Positions 11,781 to 26,029 of a stretch of 64,000 bases of DNA are shown here, piece by piece. The notes below the pieces were generated by a model, which searched no databases, had not been told where the DNA came from, and was given only the letters and a program-made list of their open reading frames with translations. This stretch comes from Eledone cirrhosa (Eukaryota), in the NCBI GenBank assembly GCA_964016885.1, contig OZ024746.1:100502001-100566000 (forward strand), in the 5' to 3' direction. Within the stretch, counting starts at the first letter, position 1; the number at the start of each line of letters is the position of its first letter. Position numbers and translations under genes: made by a program.

Positions 11781-12354
11781 TCATTAAAACACACAAGAAA
11801 ATTCCTGAGATACAACTTCATAGGAGACCAGCTAAACATGCAATGGTGTGAGCTGTAAATTTCATTTCAAGTTGAGTTGAGTTTGCAGTAGCAAGAGAGC
11901 AAGAGAGAGAGAAAGAGAAAGAGAAAGAGAGAGAGAGAGATATTCGGACATGATGAACATTGCTTCAAATGTAGAGAAGGATAAATTTCCTACAGGATCA
12001 AAAATGGAAGTTCAAGTATAAGCTGCTCTCTGATAGGTTTGTGTTAGAGCCTGTAGCTGTGGAGAATTCCAGCTTTCTTGTTCAGTAGACCACATCCTTA
12101 CTCCCTACTATCGGAACGGAGTTGGCTGCCCACAGGTGCAAGCCTCACGAGGTAGAATGTCTGTTCCAGGGCAATGTATTCTGTCAGTCAGGTGGAGGAT
12201 ACTCATTTGGATGCCACACATTTCCTCTACACACATACACATCATAGTCATAGTGTTTCTTTTGGTGTCTATTGATTTCTTCAGAATTTCTCATTTTCAT
12301 TGAATATATGTATATACACATCTGCACTCACACACATATATATATATATATTGA

Positions 12355-12620
12355 TAATCATCATCATCACTATTTAATATCTATTTTCCATGTTTGTATG
12401 GGTTAAATGGACTGACACATTCTATGGCTAAACTAGTCTGGTGATCATATCTTCCTTATATGTTCAATTTTGGTTTGTTTTCTATAGCTGGATGTCCTTC
12501 CCTACACCAACCACTTTACAGGGTTTGTTAAATGTTTTTCATTTGGGCACTATACCTTACAGAGAAGACTGGGTGCTTTTATCATTGTAGCACCAGCACT
12601 ACCATTTTACAGACTGGACT
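12355..12620 (-). mobile_element. RTE 3'-UTR/SINE-tail repeat
   Basis: (CAT)n followed by TTTTCCATG...TATGGGTT and TCTATAGCTGGATGTCCTTCC; further decayed copies at ~13000-13150, 13870-14030, 36015-36200, 38055-38220 and 54180-54315 (+). Confidence 0.7.
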
Positions 12621-12634
12621 AGGTGCATTATCAT

Positions 12635-12637
<3 letters not shown>

Positions 12638-12695
<58 letters not shown>

Positions 12696-12707
12696 TGTGT
12701 CTGTGTC

Positions 12708-12770
<63 letters not shown>
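12638..12770. repeat. Compound (GT)n/(TA)n microsatellite
   Basis: Direct reading of the sequence. Confidence 0.95.
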
Positions 12771-14737
12771 CTATATATAACTATAAAACTACACACATTG
12801 TTTAAGATGGATCCAGTGACGTGTTACTCTGGAGTTTCCCTGCCATAAGTGAACTGTCTGAAGAAATGGTGACAATGCTATGGAAACTCCAGAGTAAAAG
12901 GTCCCAAATCAACCTTAGTAAACTATTAATTTCTTCTATAGTATTGAGTACTTATTCCTACATTAGGCAATTGCAGTGGTGTCATGCTAAAATACTTCCA
13001 ATACACACTGTAAAGTGATTGGTGTTAGGTAAGGCATCCAGCCATAGAAACCAAGCCAGAAATTGAACACAAGAGAAGTCACCTGACCAATCTAGCTGCA
13101 TCTAACCCATGTAAGCATGGAAAATAAACATTAAATAGTGATGTTGATGTTGATATATGGCCTTGCAAACAGTTGTGAAGACGTATGCCCTAGTTGTTAG
13201 GGAGTTGGACTCATAACCATAAAGTTATAGGTTCAATTCCTGGACCAGGTGGTACTTTATTTTATACTGCTTCTAATGATGGGGGATAAGGCCCTATAGT
13301 TAAAACACGTAAGAAACCAACTATGGAATACAACTTCGTAGAATGCCAGCTAAACCTGCATAAGTGTGAACTGTAAATTTCATTATATTTTTTACAAATA
13401 TGTACTTTATTTTTAGATACATGCTTAGATAGGCATTTTACAACAAATAATAAAGGTTTTTTTTTCAATATCCATAATGTGTCACTGCTGACAGATATGT
13501 CATGGTTTGTGATCACCAGGCTTATAAACACTAGTGAGCCAGAAGCAGTGGAATCATGTGTTAGTGCAGGGAAGACTGGAGGACTGTGACACTACAAGAG
13601 ACCATAGATTTGTGGGTGAACAGACCAGACAACATATAGTAGAGAGGAACCTCTGATCCTGTTGGGTTCCAAACCACCTGTCTAATGTTGGTGCCATGAT
13701 AAAATGCACACAATGCACACTGTTAAGTGGTTGACAATTGAATGTAGACAATATAGAGCAGAGCAAACCCTTCAATTTGGGCCAAGCTTTTGACAACCTC
13801 TCAAGTATTGGTATCATGATAAAATGTACTTAGTACACTCTGTAAAGTGTTACTGTGACAATGAAATGCACCCAGTACACTCTACAAGGTGGTTGAGTAA
13901 GGAAAGACATCTAACCTTAGAAACCAAACCAAATATGGTACGTATGAGCAAGATGAGATCTCTCTGATCCATCTAGGCTCAGACTGTGATAACCAATCCA
14001 ACCCATGCTAGTATAGAGAGTGGCCATAAAAATCATAATACACCATTACTCTACTATGCATTCCAGTCGACAGGCTGAGGCCATGCTGGGGTGCCAACAT
14101 TGTTTTTATGAAATTGGATCCTTTTTAAGGGGTCTGTTGCCGGAAAGATGAAAATGAACCACTCTGAGGTCAGTCAGCTACAGGTCTGAAGCCTTAACTC
14201 CACACCACTGAAGCTCATTCTAAAGGAACATTCAATACAATAGAATGTGAAATATTTAATCAACTTAGTTTCCATTTCAAAATCAGAATTTGACTGACCA
14301 CTTCAATATTTTAAAGATGTCTATTTTTAGATTTTAATAAAAATCAACAACTTGATTTAATATCAATTAATTGAGCTAACTAGAGATCATGTCTGGCTTG
14401 ATATATAATTTGCTAATATATAATATGCATATATACTTGTGATAGTTGGCTTAAAACCTGCCCAGACTTGAATTTATTAACAAAGTAGCAAGTGCATGGA
14501 AAATAAGAATGAAAATTATCTCATGTTGAGTCATTGCGGTATAAACAATATGAAAATTAGCCACGTTGTATGTATTGGGAGGGAATATGAGGTACATAAG
14601 TTCGTGGGATACTATTAAAAAAAAAACATCAAGGTAGAAACAAAAAAATGAATCATCACATCATGATTTAAATTTAGTATACATATATATTAAGTTAGAC
14701 ATGGCCTGGGACATTACTGGCCGAAACCTATCAAAGT

Positions 14738-14769
<32 letters not shown>

Positions 14770-15517
14770 TATATACACACATATACATACATGAATGATT
14801 CGTTGGTGTAATAAATAACTGTGTGTGTGAGTGCTTGACTATTGTAAATAAAAACATATACAGACTCTCGGGTCGCAAATAAACGGGGTGGTGTGGAAAA
14901 TCGGTAATTTTTCTAGGTTGTCTCCATTGATTTTGTTTTAAATAACCAGAATCAGTCGTTTAGTTTACATACTGAGACACTCCCCAACCCATCCTATTTA
15001 TTTTATAACGTATGGGATTTCCAGTAATGTACTTTTTATGTCATATATAATGTTTTTTTAATGTCTAAAGAAAATTAATTATTACAGGAATGCAAAATAA
15101 TTTTGCTGGAAATAGATTAGCAACATTTAATAAGCGGGGGGGGGGGGGGGGGGCTGGCTGAAAAATTAATAAGTGGTCAGAAATAGTTACACAACAGTAC
15201 AGTGCATGTTATATTAAAATGAAAAAATATATATATTGCAGATCCCAAGACTGTTTCAGTAAAGTTCGATTTTTTTTTTTATTCATTGTATCAACTACTT
15301 TACTAATATCTTGGGAAAAGACATGCATATCACATTATCACATTTCCCTCGTCTTTAGAAATCCGAACGCTTTTTTAAAAGAAATATTTTTTTTTAATAA
15401 TTTCAATACATCCATAGAAACCACTTTACTGACTAGTTTCTAGTTTCGTTCATTTATTTCAGGTCTTATCGTCTCTTTCACCTACATGGTTTATTCGACC
15501 ATCTGATAGAAATACCA

Positions 15518-15559
<42 letters not shown>

Positions 15560-15682
15560 TAACAGCTTATAGTATAAGCCAAGACTCGCTGCTTTCACCC
15601 TTAACGGGGTATTCTGAAACTATATATTAGGTATTAAATTAACAATCTACGGTACGGACCCTACCACCAAGAGTAAACCACA

Positions 15683-15715
<33 letters not shown>

Positions 15716-15724
<9 letters not shown>

Positions 15725-15840
15725 AGAGTCGGGACCCCGACGACTGAGCTCTTGCTCTTTCAACAGATAGTTCCAGAGTCTAGAACTGGCTGTTGAAACG
15801 GCAAGAGCTCAGCCGCCGGGGTCCCAACTATTTATAATAT
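15716..15840. repeat. GC-rich ~125-bp fold-back palindrome
   Basis: The left arm (ATAAAGAGTCGGGACCCCGACGACTGAGCTCTTGC...) pairs with the right arm (...GCAAGAGCTCAGCCGCCGGGGTCCCAACTATTTAT) around a very small loop. Confidence 0.9.
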
Positions 15841-15884
15841 AACCATACTCTACTACCCCAAGTATTGTGAGCAATGGTCTAACC

Positions 15885-16020
15885 AGTTTCACAGGATGAT
15901 CTCATACGAATGAAACAGTCCTAGTCTTGAAGAAGCCTTTTCTATATATAAACCTCCGTTGTCGTCACTACTCATGTATTGAGCATCTTATTTACTGTGG
16001 TACCCACGATTCTATTCGGA
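15885..16020 (+). mobile_element. Putative Penelope-like terminal repeat (family with 33025-33165, 33370-33490, 39965-40070)
   Basis: GATGATCTCATACGAATGAAACAGTCCTAGTC...TGTATTGAG...TTACT.TGGT shared with the other copies. Confidence 0.55.
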
Positions 16021-16065
16021 ATCAACACACACACACACACAGACACACATTATATATAATATATA

Positions 16066-16137
<72 letters not shown>

Positions 16138-16399
16138 GTATTTTTTAAAAGGGACACAATTAAATAGCGAATCCCGGAATACAATACTGGAGGGGAAATG
16201 AAAAAGATGGGATATGATAAGGTTGAAATAGAATATCTTTAATCACACAATTGTTCAATGAGAGCCGAACCTGGAGCTAAATAACAAACTATTGTAAATT
16301 CTTAAATCTTTAAATTCTATCAGGACAGAAATGTTAAATGTTTTGGGGTGTGGCGTGTTTATAACTATTTTCTTTGTAGTTCTTTGTGTCCAGTTATAA

Positions 16400-16570
16400 A
16401 ATAAATTTTAAAAAACTACCCCATTGCCGCTACTAATCATTAAGGCTCTCGTAATAACCCCAATCAACAGGCTTTAAACTCAATATGGCTGTGAGTGGAA
16501 ATACCAATAGAAATATCTATATATCGACCCATTAAAGCCCAACTTTATATAGGATTGTCACAAAAAGGAA
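16400..16570 (-). pseudogene. Possible Penelope-like RT thumb remnant
   Basis: Minus frame reads YRYFYWYFHSQPY*V*SLLIGVITRALMISS, reminiscent of the Penelope YLxFxSxHP...RAxxISS motif; contains two stops. Confidence 0.35.
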
Positions 16571-16748
16571 AAATCGGTATGAAATAAGTCGATACTAGCA
16601 AAAAAAATGTAATATTTTTCTTTCTTCATACACCAAAAGACATATATATATATATCTTAGATAAGATATATATACACACACACGTTTGAACATAGAAACT
16701 GGGGGAAAGGTGTATAAACTCTTCCTGTATAAGGTGCAAATGTATCTA

Positions 16749-16793
<45 letters not shown>

Positions 16794-16974
16794 TATATAT
16801 ATATAGATATGTGATTGTAATCTAACAGATCTTTACTTTCATATAATATTCACTCTTGCAATAGAAGTCATTTTTTGTGATCTTTGTGTCATATAAGTTT
16901 CTTACAACAGATAATCATTAGAATATATATATATAACAAAAGGTTCTATATGAGAAAAAAAGGCCCAAGTATGA

Positions 16975-17135
16975 ATATATATATATATATAATGATTATA
17001 TATATATATATATATAATGATTATATATATATATATAATTGTTTCTACTTTAGGCACAAGGCCAGCAATTAGCCAGTGCATTACTGGTACTTTATTTTAT
17101 CGACCCCGTAAGGATGAAAGGCAAAGTCAAATGAT

Positions 17136-17166
<31 letters not shown>

Positions 17167-17224
17167 ATTATATATATAAATATATATATAATATATATAT
17201 ATAATATATATATATATAATATAT

Positions 17225-17273
<49 letters not shown>

Positions 17274-17329
17274 TATATATATAATATATATATATATATA
17301 TAATGATTATATATATAATATATATGTAT

Positions 17330-17371
<42 letters not shown>

Positions 17372-17374
17372 GAT

Positions 17375-17413
<39 letters not shown>

Positions 17414-17550
17414 GATTATATATATATATAATGATTATATATATAATATATAATGATTATATATATAATGATTATATATATAATATATAATGATTATATA
17501 TATAATGATTATATATATAATATATAATGATTATATATATATATAATGAT

Positions 17551-17581
<31 letters not shown>

Positions 17582-17605
17582 ATGATTATATATATATATA
17601 ATGAT

Positions 17606-17636
<31 letters not shown>

Positions 17637-17922
17637 ATGATTATATATATAATATATATATAATGATTATATATATATAATGATTATATATATATATATA
17701 TATATAATGATTATATATATATATATAATGATTATATATATATATATATATAATGATTATATATATATATATATAATGATTATATATATATATAATGATT
17801 ATATATATATATAATGATTATATATATATATATATATAATGATTATATATATATATATATATATAATGATTATATATATATATATATATAATGATTATAT
17901 ATATATATATATATATATAATG

Positions 17923-17970
<48 letters not shown>

Positions 17971-18470
17971 TTATATATATATATATATAATGATTATATA
18001 TATATATATATAATTATATATAAATATATATATATATAATGATTATATATATATATATATAATTATATATAAATATATATATATAATGATTATATATATA
18101 TATATATAATTATATATAAATATATATATATAATGATTATCATATATATATAATCATTATATATATATATATATAATGATTATATATATATATATATATA
18201 TATGATTACATATATATATAATGATCATTATATATATATATATATAATGATCATTATATATATATATATATAATCATTATATATATATATAATGATTATA
18301 TATATATATATATAATGATTATATATATATATATATATAATGATTATATATATATATATATATAATGATTATATATATATATATATATATATAATTGTTT
18401 CTACTTTTGGCACAAGGCCAGCAATTACTCCAGTGCATTACTGGTACTTTATTTTATCGACCCCGTAATG

Positions 18471-18504
<34 letters not shown>

Positions 18505-19965
18505 GATAATATATATATATATATATATATAATGATAATATATATATATATATATATATAATGATAATATATATATATATATATAATGATAATATATATA
18601 TATATATATATATATATAATGATTATATATATATATAATGATAATATATATATATATATAATGATAATATATATATATATATATAATGATAATATATATA
18701 TATATATATAATGATAATATACATATATATATATAATGATAATATACATATATATATATATATATAATGATTATATATATATATATATATAATGATAATA
18801 TATATATATATATATAATGATAATATACATATATATATATATATAATGATTATATATATATATATATATATATAATGATTATATATATATATATATATAA
18901 TGATTATATATATATATATATATATATAATGATTATATAATATATATATATATATAATGATTATATATATATATATATATATAATGATTATATATATATA
19001 TATATATAATGATTATATATATATATATATAATGATTATATATATATATATATATATAATGATTATATATATATATATATATATAATGATTATATATATA
19101 TATATATATATAATGATTATATATATATATATATATATAATGATTATATATATATATATATATAATGATTATATATATATATATATATATAATGATTATA
19201 TATATATATATATAATGATTATATATATATATATATATATAATGATTATATATATATAAGGATTATATATATATATATAATTGTTTCTACTTTAGGTACA
19301 AGGCCAGCAATTATCCAGTACATTACTGGTACTTTATTTTATCGACCCCATAAGGATGAAAGGCAAAGTTAACCTCGGCGGGATTTGAACTCAGAATGGC
19401 AAGGGCCGTAACTCTATGCGACAAAGCATGGCGTCCAACCCTCTACCGATACTGCCAATCCACATATATATAATGATTATATATATATATATATAATGAT
19501 TATATATATATATATATATAATGATTATATATATATATATAATGATTATATATATATATATAATGATTATATATATATATATATATAATGATTATATATA
19601 TATATATATGATTATATATATATATATATATAATGATTATATATATATATATATGATTATATATATATATATATATATATGATTATATATATATATATAT
19701 ATATGATTATATATATATATGATTATATATATATATATGATTATATATATATATGATTATATATATATATGATTATATATATATATGATTATATATATAT
19801 ATGATTATATATATATATATGATTATATATATATATGATTATATATATATATGATTATATATATATATATATATATATATGATTATATATATATATATAT
19901 ATATATGATTATATATATATAAATATATATATATATGATTATATATATATATATATATATATATG

Positions 19966-20003
<38 letters not shown>

Positions 20004-20249
20004 TATATATATATATATATATATATGATTATATATATATATATATATATATGATTATATATATATATATATATATGATTATATATATATATATGATTAT
20101 AATCATATATATATATATATATATGATTATATATATATATATATATATGATTATATATATATATATATATATATGATTATATATATATATATGATTATAA
20201 TCATATATATATATATATATATGATTATATATATATATATATATATATG

Positions 20250-20320
<71 letters not shown>

Positions 20321-20323
20321 GAT

Positions 20324-20355
<32 letters not shown>

Positions 20356-20393
20356 ATGATTATATATATATATATATATACACATATAATGAT

Positions 20394-20429
<36 letters not shown>

Positions 20430-20432
20430 ATG

Positions 20433-20471
<39 letters not shown>

Positions 20472-20473
20472 TG

Positions 20474-20526
<53 letters not shown>

Positions 20527-20528
20527 TG

Positions 20529-20567
<39 letters not shown>

Positions 20568-20571
20568 TGAT

Positions 20572-20602
<31 letters not shown>

Positions 20603-20653
20603 GATTATATATATATACACATATGATTATATATATATATATATACACATATG

Positions 20654-20694
<41 letters not shown>

Positions 20695-20775
20695 TGATTA
20701 TATATATATACATATAATTATATATATATATATACATATGATTATATATATATATATATATATACATATAATGAT

Positions 20776-20806
<31 letters not shown>

Positions 20807-20837
20807 TGATTATATATATATATATATATATAATGAT

Positions 20838-20872
<35 letters not shown>

Positions 20873-20874
20873 TG

Positions 20875-20917
<43 letters not shown>

Positions 20918-20948
20918 TGATTATATATATATATATATACATATAATG

Positions 20949-20987
<39 letters not shown>

Positions 20988-20989
20988 TG

Positions 20990-21030
<41 letters not shown>

Positions 21031-21032
21031 TG

Positions 21033-21066
<34 letters not shown>

Positions 21067-21067
21067 G

Positions 21068-21108
<41 letters not shown>

Positions 21109-22962
21109 TGATTATATATATATATATATACATATAATGATTATATATATGTATATATAATGATTATATATATATATATATATATAATGATTATATATAT
21201 GTATATATAATGATTATATATATGTATATATAATGATTATATATATATATATATAATGATTATATATATATATGTATAATGATTATATATATATATGTAT
21301 AATGATTATATATATATATATATAATGATTATATATATATATGTATAATGATTATATATATATATGTATAATGATTATATATATATATGTATAATGATTA
21401 TATATATATATGTATAATGATTATATATATATATATATAATGATTATATATATATATATATAATGATTATATATATATATATATATAATGATTATATATA
21501 TATATAATGATTATATATATATATATATAATGATTATATATATATATATATATATAATGATTATATATATATATATATAATGATTATATATATATATATA
21601 TATAATGATTATATATATATATATATATAATGATTATATATATATATATAATGATTATATATATATATATATAATGATTATATATATATATATATAATGA
21701 TTATATATATATATATATAATGATTATATATATATATATATATAATGATTATATATATATATATATATAATGATTATATATATATATATATATAATGATT
21801 ATATATATATATATATAATGATTATATATATATATATATATAATCATTATATATATATATATATATAATCATTATATATATATATATATAATCATTATAT
21901 ATATATATATATATAATCATTATATATATATATATATATAATCATTATATATATATATATATATAATGATTATATATATATATATATATAATGATTATAT
22001 ATATATATATATATAATGATTATATATATATATATATATAATGATTATATATATATATATATATAATGATTATATATATATATATATATAATGATTATAT
22101 ATATATATATATATAATGATTATATATATATATATATATAATGATTATATATATATATATATATAATGATTATATATATATATATATAATGATTATATAT
22201 ATATATATATAATGATTATATATATATATATATATATATATATAATGATTATATATATATATATATAATGATTATATATATATATATATATAATGATTAT
22301 ATATATATATATATATATAATGATTATATATATATATATATATATAATGATTATATATATATATATAATGATTATATATATATATATATATAATGATTAT
22401 ATATATATATATAATGATTATATATATATATATATAATGATTATATATATATATATATAATGATTATATATATATATATTGATTATATATATATATATAT
22501 ATAATGATTATATATATATATATAATGATTATATATATATATATATATATATAATGATTATATATATATATATATATAATGATTATATATATATATATAT
22601 ATAATGATTATATATATATATATATATAATGATTATATATATATATATAATGATTATATATATATATATATATAATGATTATATATATATATATATATAA
22701 TGATTATATATATATATATATAATGATTATATATATATATATATAATGATTATATATATATATATATAATGATTATATATATATATATATAATGATTATA
22801 TATATATATATATAATGATTATATATATATATATATAATGATTATATATATATATATATATATATAATGATTATATATATATATATATATATATAATGAT
22901 TATATATATATATATAATGATTATATATATATATAATGATTATATATATATATATATATATA
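16975..22962. repeat. ~6-kb interrupted (TA)n array with AATGATT punctuation
   Basis: Hundreds of (TA)n-ATGATT units in regional variants; contains three SINE-B end copies. Confidence 0.95.
19279..19462 (-). mobile_element. SINE family B within the array; partial duplicates at 17037-17130 and 18393-18468
   Basis: AATTGTTTCTACTTT.GG.ACAAGGCCAGCAATT...ACTGGTACTTTATTTTATCGACCCC occurs three times; only this copy extends to the tRNA-like head (GGGATTTGAACTC). Confidence 0.85.
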
Positions 22963-23184
22963 CACACATCATTCAACGTCCGTTTTTTCCTGATAACTAG
23001 GTCTGGAAGTGTATATATATGTATATAAATATAAACACAGATACATGATACATACACACGTACAAATGTATAGGTATACCCAAACATGCATATATACGTG
23101 CGTGTATATATATAAAGGCATATACATATACCCATAATGTATATCATTTTACAAGTGTGTATTAATGAATATACATAACACACA

Positions 23185-23237
<53 letters not shown>

Positions 23238-23641
23238 ATAATGATATATATCGCTGTGTGTACTACGAAAAAGTTTTCTAAATAATTTACATATTCTTTT
23301 AGATAGATGATTAATGAAATATGTGAGGTGATCCCGTTAATATATTTGTGATAGAATTTTAACTTCGTCTGACAACATAGATGCCAACTTAAGTTTGGTT
23401 TTATATTTCACATGAGTAGGGGGAAAATAATCAATAGAAAAAGACTATACAACTGGAAAAACAGGGATCATATATATTCACATATATATGGTGTGTATGT
23501 ATGTGTTAAAAATGGGTGAATAAAAAGTAAAAAAAAAAAACTATTTCTAAAGTTATATTTTTTTCTATTTGTAAAATAAATACATAAATAAATATGTAAA
23601 TTATTTTTTCAAATAAACATTGCAGAAAACAAAAATCCACA

Positions 23642-23674
<33 letters not shown>

Positions 23675-23948
23675 TAGGTAAGTAAGTATTGTAAGCTTGA
23701 CAAAGGCAAACTAGTTAACAATAAGTGTGTATGATCATTAACTTGATTGTCCACTAGATTTATAATTGATAATTGAAAAACATAAACAAATATATTATCC
23801 TCAAATATATTATTCTGATCACATTTAACTACAAGAAAATATTGGCTACAGTAAAATTATAATCATATATATTTATATATATTTTTCATATGATTATACA
23901 ATAGCTGTATATGTATATATATCATCTGATTCTGATGATTCCACTTAC

Positions 23949-24080
23949 CAAAATATATAATCAGTTGAGTTGAGGAGGGTTTTTGTTTTGTTTTGTTAGT
24001 TTGGACAGAACATGGAATCCAGAGTCTGCTATATTCCCTTACATTTGTCTCCGTCAAGTGATTTCTCCTACTTTATCTAA
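23949..24080 (-). other. Candidate non-coding first exon of a minus-strand transcript
   Basis: Consensus donor TTG|GTAAGT on - (ACTTAC at 23943-23948) next to the promoter-like island; only very short ATG-initiated frames; 5' end is a guess. Confidence 0.3.
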
Positions 24081-24089
24081 TAACTTATC

Positions 24090-24420
24090 ACCCTTGTTTC
24101 CGTTATTTCTATAGATGGCGCCCATGTAAGTTCCGGTTGATATGTAAGGTTAAAAAAAATCTGAGATGACGTTCTTGCCAACTCTCGTTGCCCCATCATT
24201 TATAGATGCAAGGAAAAGAAACAAAAAATATTGAAAATAAATACATATATGTATTTTTATTTTTTACGTAGGCAATCAATTCGTTCAATTTTTATTAAAA
24301 TACTTAGGGTTTATGGTGCGAAAAGCAGCTGTGAAAAAATACGTTAATAAAATATTTACATAGTGAACAGCGTTTCGCAAGATTTATGTCCCTTTGGCAG
24401 TCACGAGAACTAACGATGAT
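24090..24420. promoter_or_regulatory. Candidate (bidirectional) promoter region
   Basis: Unique, CpG-retaining sequence with clustered AGATGGCG (YY1/CTCF-like, 24113-24120), TTCCGG (ETS-like, 24131-24136) and TGACGT (CRE-like, ~24167), between divergent candidate first exons. Confidence 0.4.
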
Positions 24421-24817
24421 GAATTGATTTAGAAGTAAATAAAAAAAAAAATTATATGTAATAGAGAGTTCCAGTCCTAAGAGTTATTTCCCTTACCTAT
24501 AATAATTTAAATATACATATATGTATAAATATATATATATGTATATGTGTGTGCGGAAATAGTATTATGTATGTGTATGTAGATATTTCCATATACTCAC
24601 AGGCGAATGTATTGAAACAGTTAGATACAGGCAACACTCCCAATCTCTGCTACTACAATAGTAATAAGCTACTCTGACCGCCACCAACCTAGTTAGCTTT
24701 CTCAAATTATTCCTACGACGACGTTATATACAAGTCACCAATAATAGTTATCCCACTGTCCCTATCAACATCCACACAAGACATTTTTTGGCAACGATTT
24801 TTATTAAGTAAGACGTC

Positions 24818-24836
24818 ATGTCGAATCAAGGTAAAG
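24818..24836 (+). CDS. Candidate first coding exon (MSNQGK plus phase-1 G; alternative donor after 24830 gives MSNQ plus G)
   Basis: GTCATGTCGAATCAAG|GTAAAG|GTAAAA: ATG with purine at -3 and two tandem AAG|GTAA donors, both phase 1 and compatible with exon 56135-56251. Confidence 0.4.
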
Positions 24837-25416
24837 GTAAAATTGAGATTTACTTATATATTTTCCATATATTACTACAATATTACATATAATGTAAGAT
24901 AAATATATATATGTAGAGAGATACATATGTAGTGGATAAATACTTCCTCCATTTAATTTATATCTGCATGGCGAACAAACATTATCTTTTTTAGTCGTAT
25001 TTTTTTTTTCTCTATTTTTACAGATCATTCATTTTGTTTTATACTATTCAATTTTATTCTATGTTTTAATACTATTATTACTCTATATCTTCCACCTTTC
25101 TAATTTAAACTAGAAGATTATTTCCTAACTGATAATTTTATGCAACTTGTTTATTGCTTCCGTTTCACCTGTTGTTGTACGCTAATATATAAATTTATAA
25201 ACTATTTATAATGTATTTAGCAAGAAGGTATCACATTTGCCTCCTTAATGTCTGTCGTAATTCCATCGTTAGTTTTTTCTACTCGGTTGCCTGTCTATGT
25301 CTATTTTGTGTCGAAAAAAAAAAATGTTGCCCTTTTTCTATAATTGATATTTAGGAAAATGGAAGCTTGGTTTTATCTACCACAGTATACACGTACACAT
25401 CACTAATGTATATAAT

Positions 25417-25482
25417 TCAGTTTAACACCTAATTTTTATTGGGTGTATATATATATATAGTTTAACATCTAATTTTTATTGC

Positions 25483-25522
<40 letters not shown>

Positions 25523-25542
25523 TAACATCTAATTTTTATTGC

Positions 25543-25575
<33 letters not shown>

Positions 25576-25862
25576 GTTTAACATCTAATTTATTATATAT
25601 ATATATATATATACATAGTTTAACACCTAATTTTTATTGTGTATAACTATATATATATATATATAGTTTAACACCTAATTTTTTTTGTGTATAACTATAT
25701 ATATATATATAGTTTAACACCTAATTTTTATTGTGTATAACTATATATATATATAGGTTAACACCTAATTTTTATTGTGTATAACTATATATATGTATAG
25801 TTTAACACCTAATTTTTACTGTGTGTGTGTATATATATATATATAGTTTAACACCTCCATTT
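25417..25862 (+). repeat. Minisatellite, ~10 copies of AGTTTAACAYCTAATTTTTATTG separated by (GT)/(TA)n
   Basis: Units begin near 25419, 25459, 25519, 25575, 25617, 25665, 25711, 25756, 25799 and 25845. Confidence 0.9.
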
Positions 25863-26029
25863 TTATTTTATATATATATATTTGTGTCTGCGGTTGATGG
25901 CTGAGAGAAAAAAAGTGCTCAATACCGAAGTGTTTTAAATATTCATTTTATTAAGGCTAAATAAATTGTTAGTTTTGATATTCTGGCGAAACTCTAGAGT
26001 AACGAGGCTCACTATAAAATGTGTGTGTA

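Noticed and set aside
24115-24131. ATG GCG CCC AT|GTAAGT as a first coding exon
   Set aside because: It is phase 2, incompatible with the only solid downstream exon (phase 1); more simply read as a promoter motif, though not excluded.
25417-25862. CRISPR-like direct repeats with spacers
   Set aside because: Spacers are simple (GT)/(TA)n tracts rather than unique sequences, the context is eukaryotic, and no cas genes are present.
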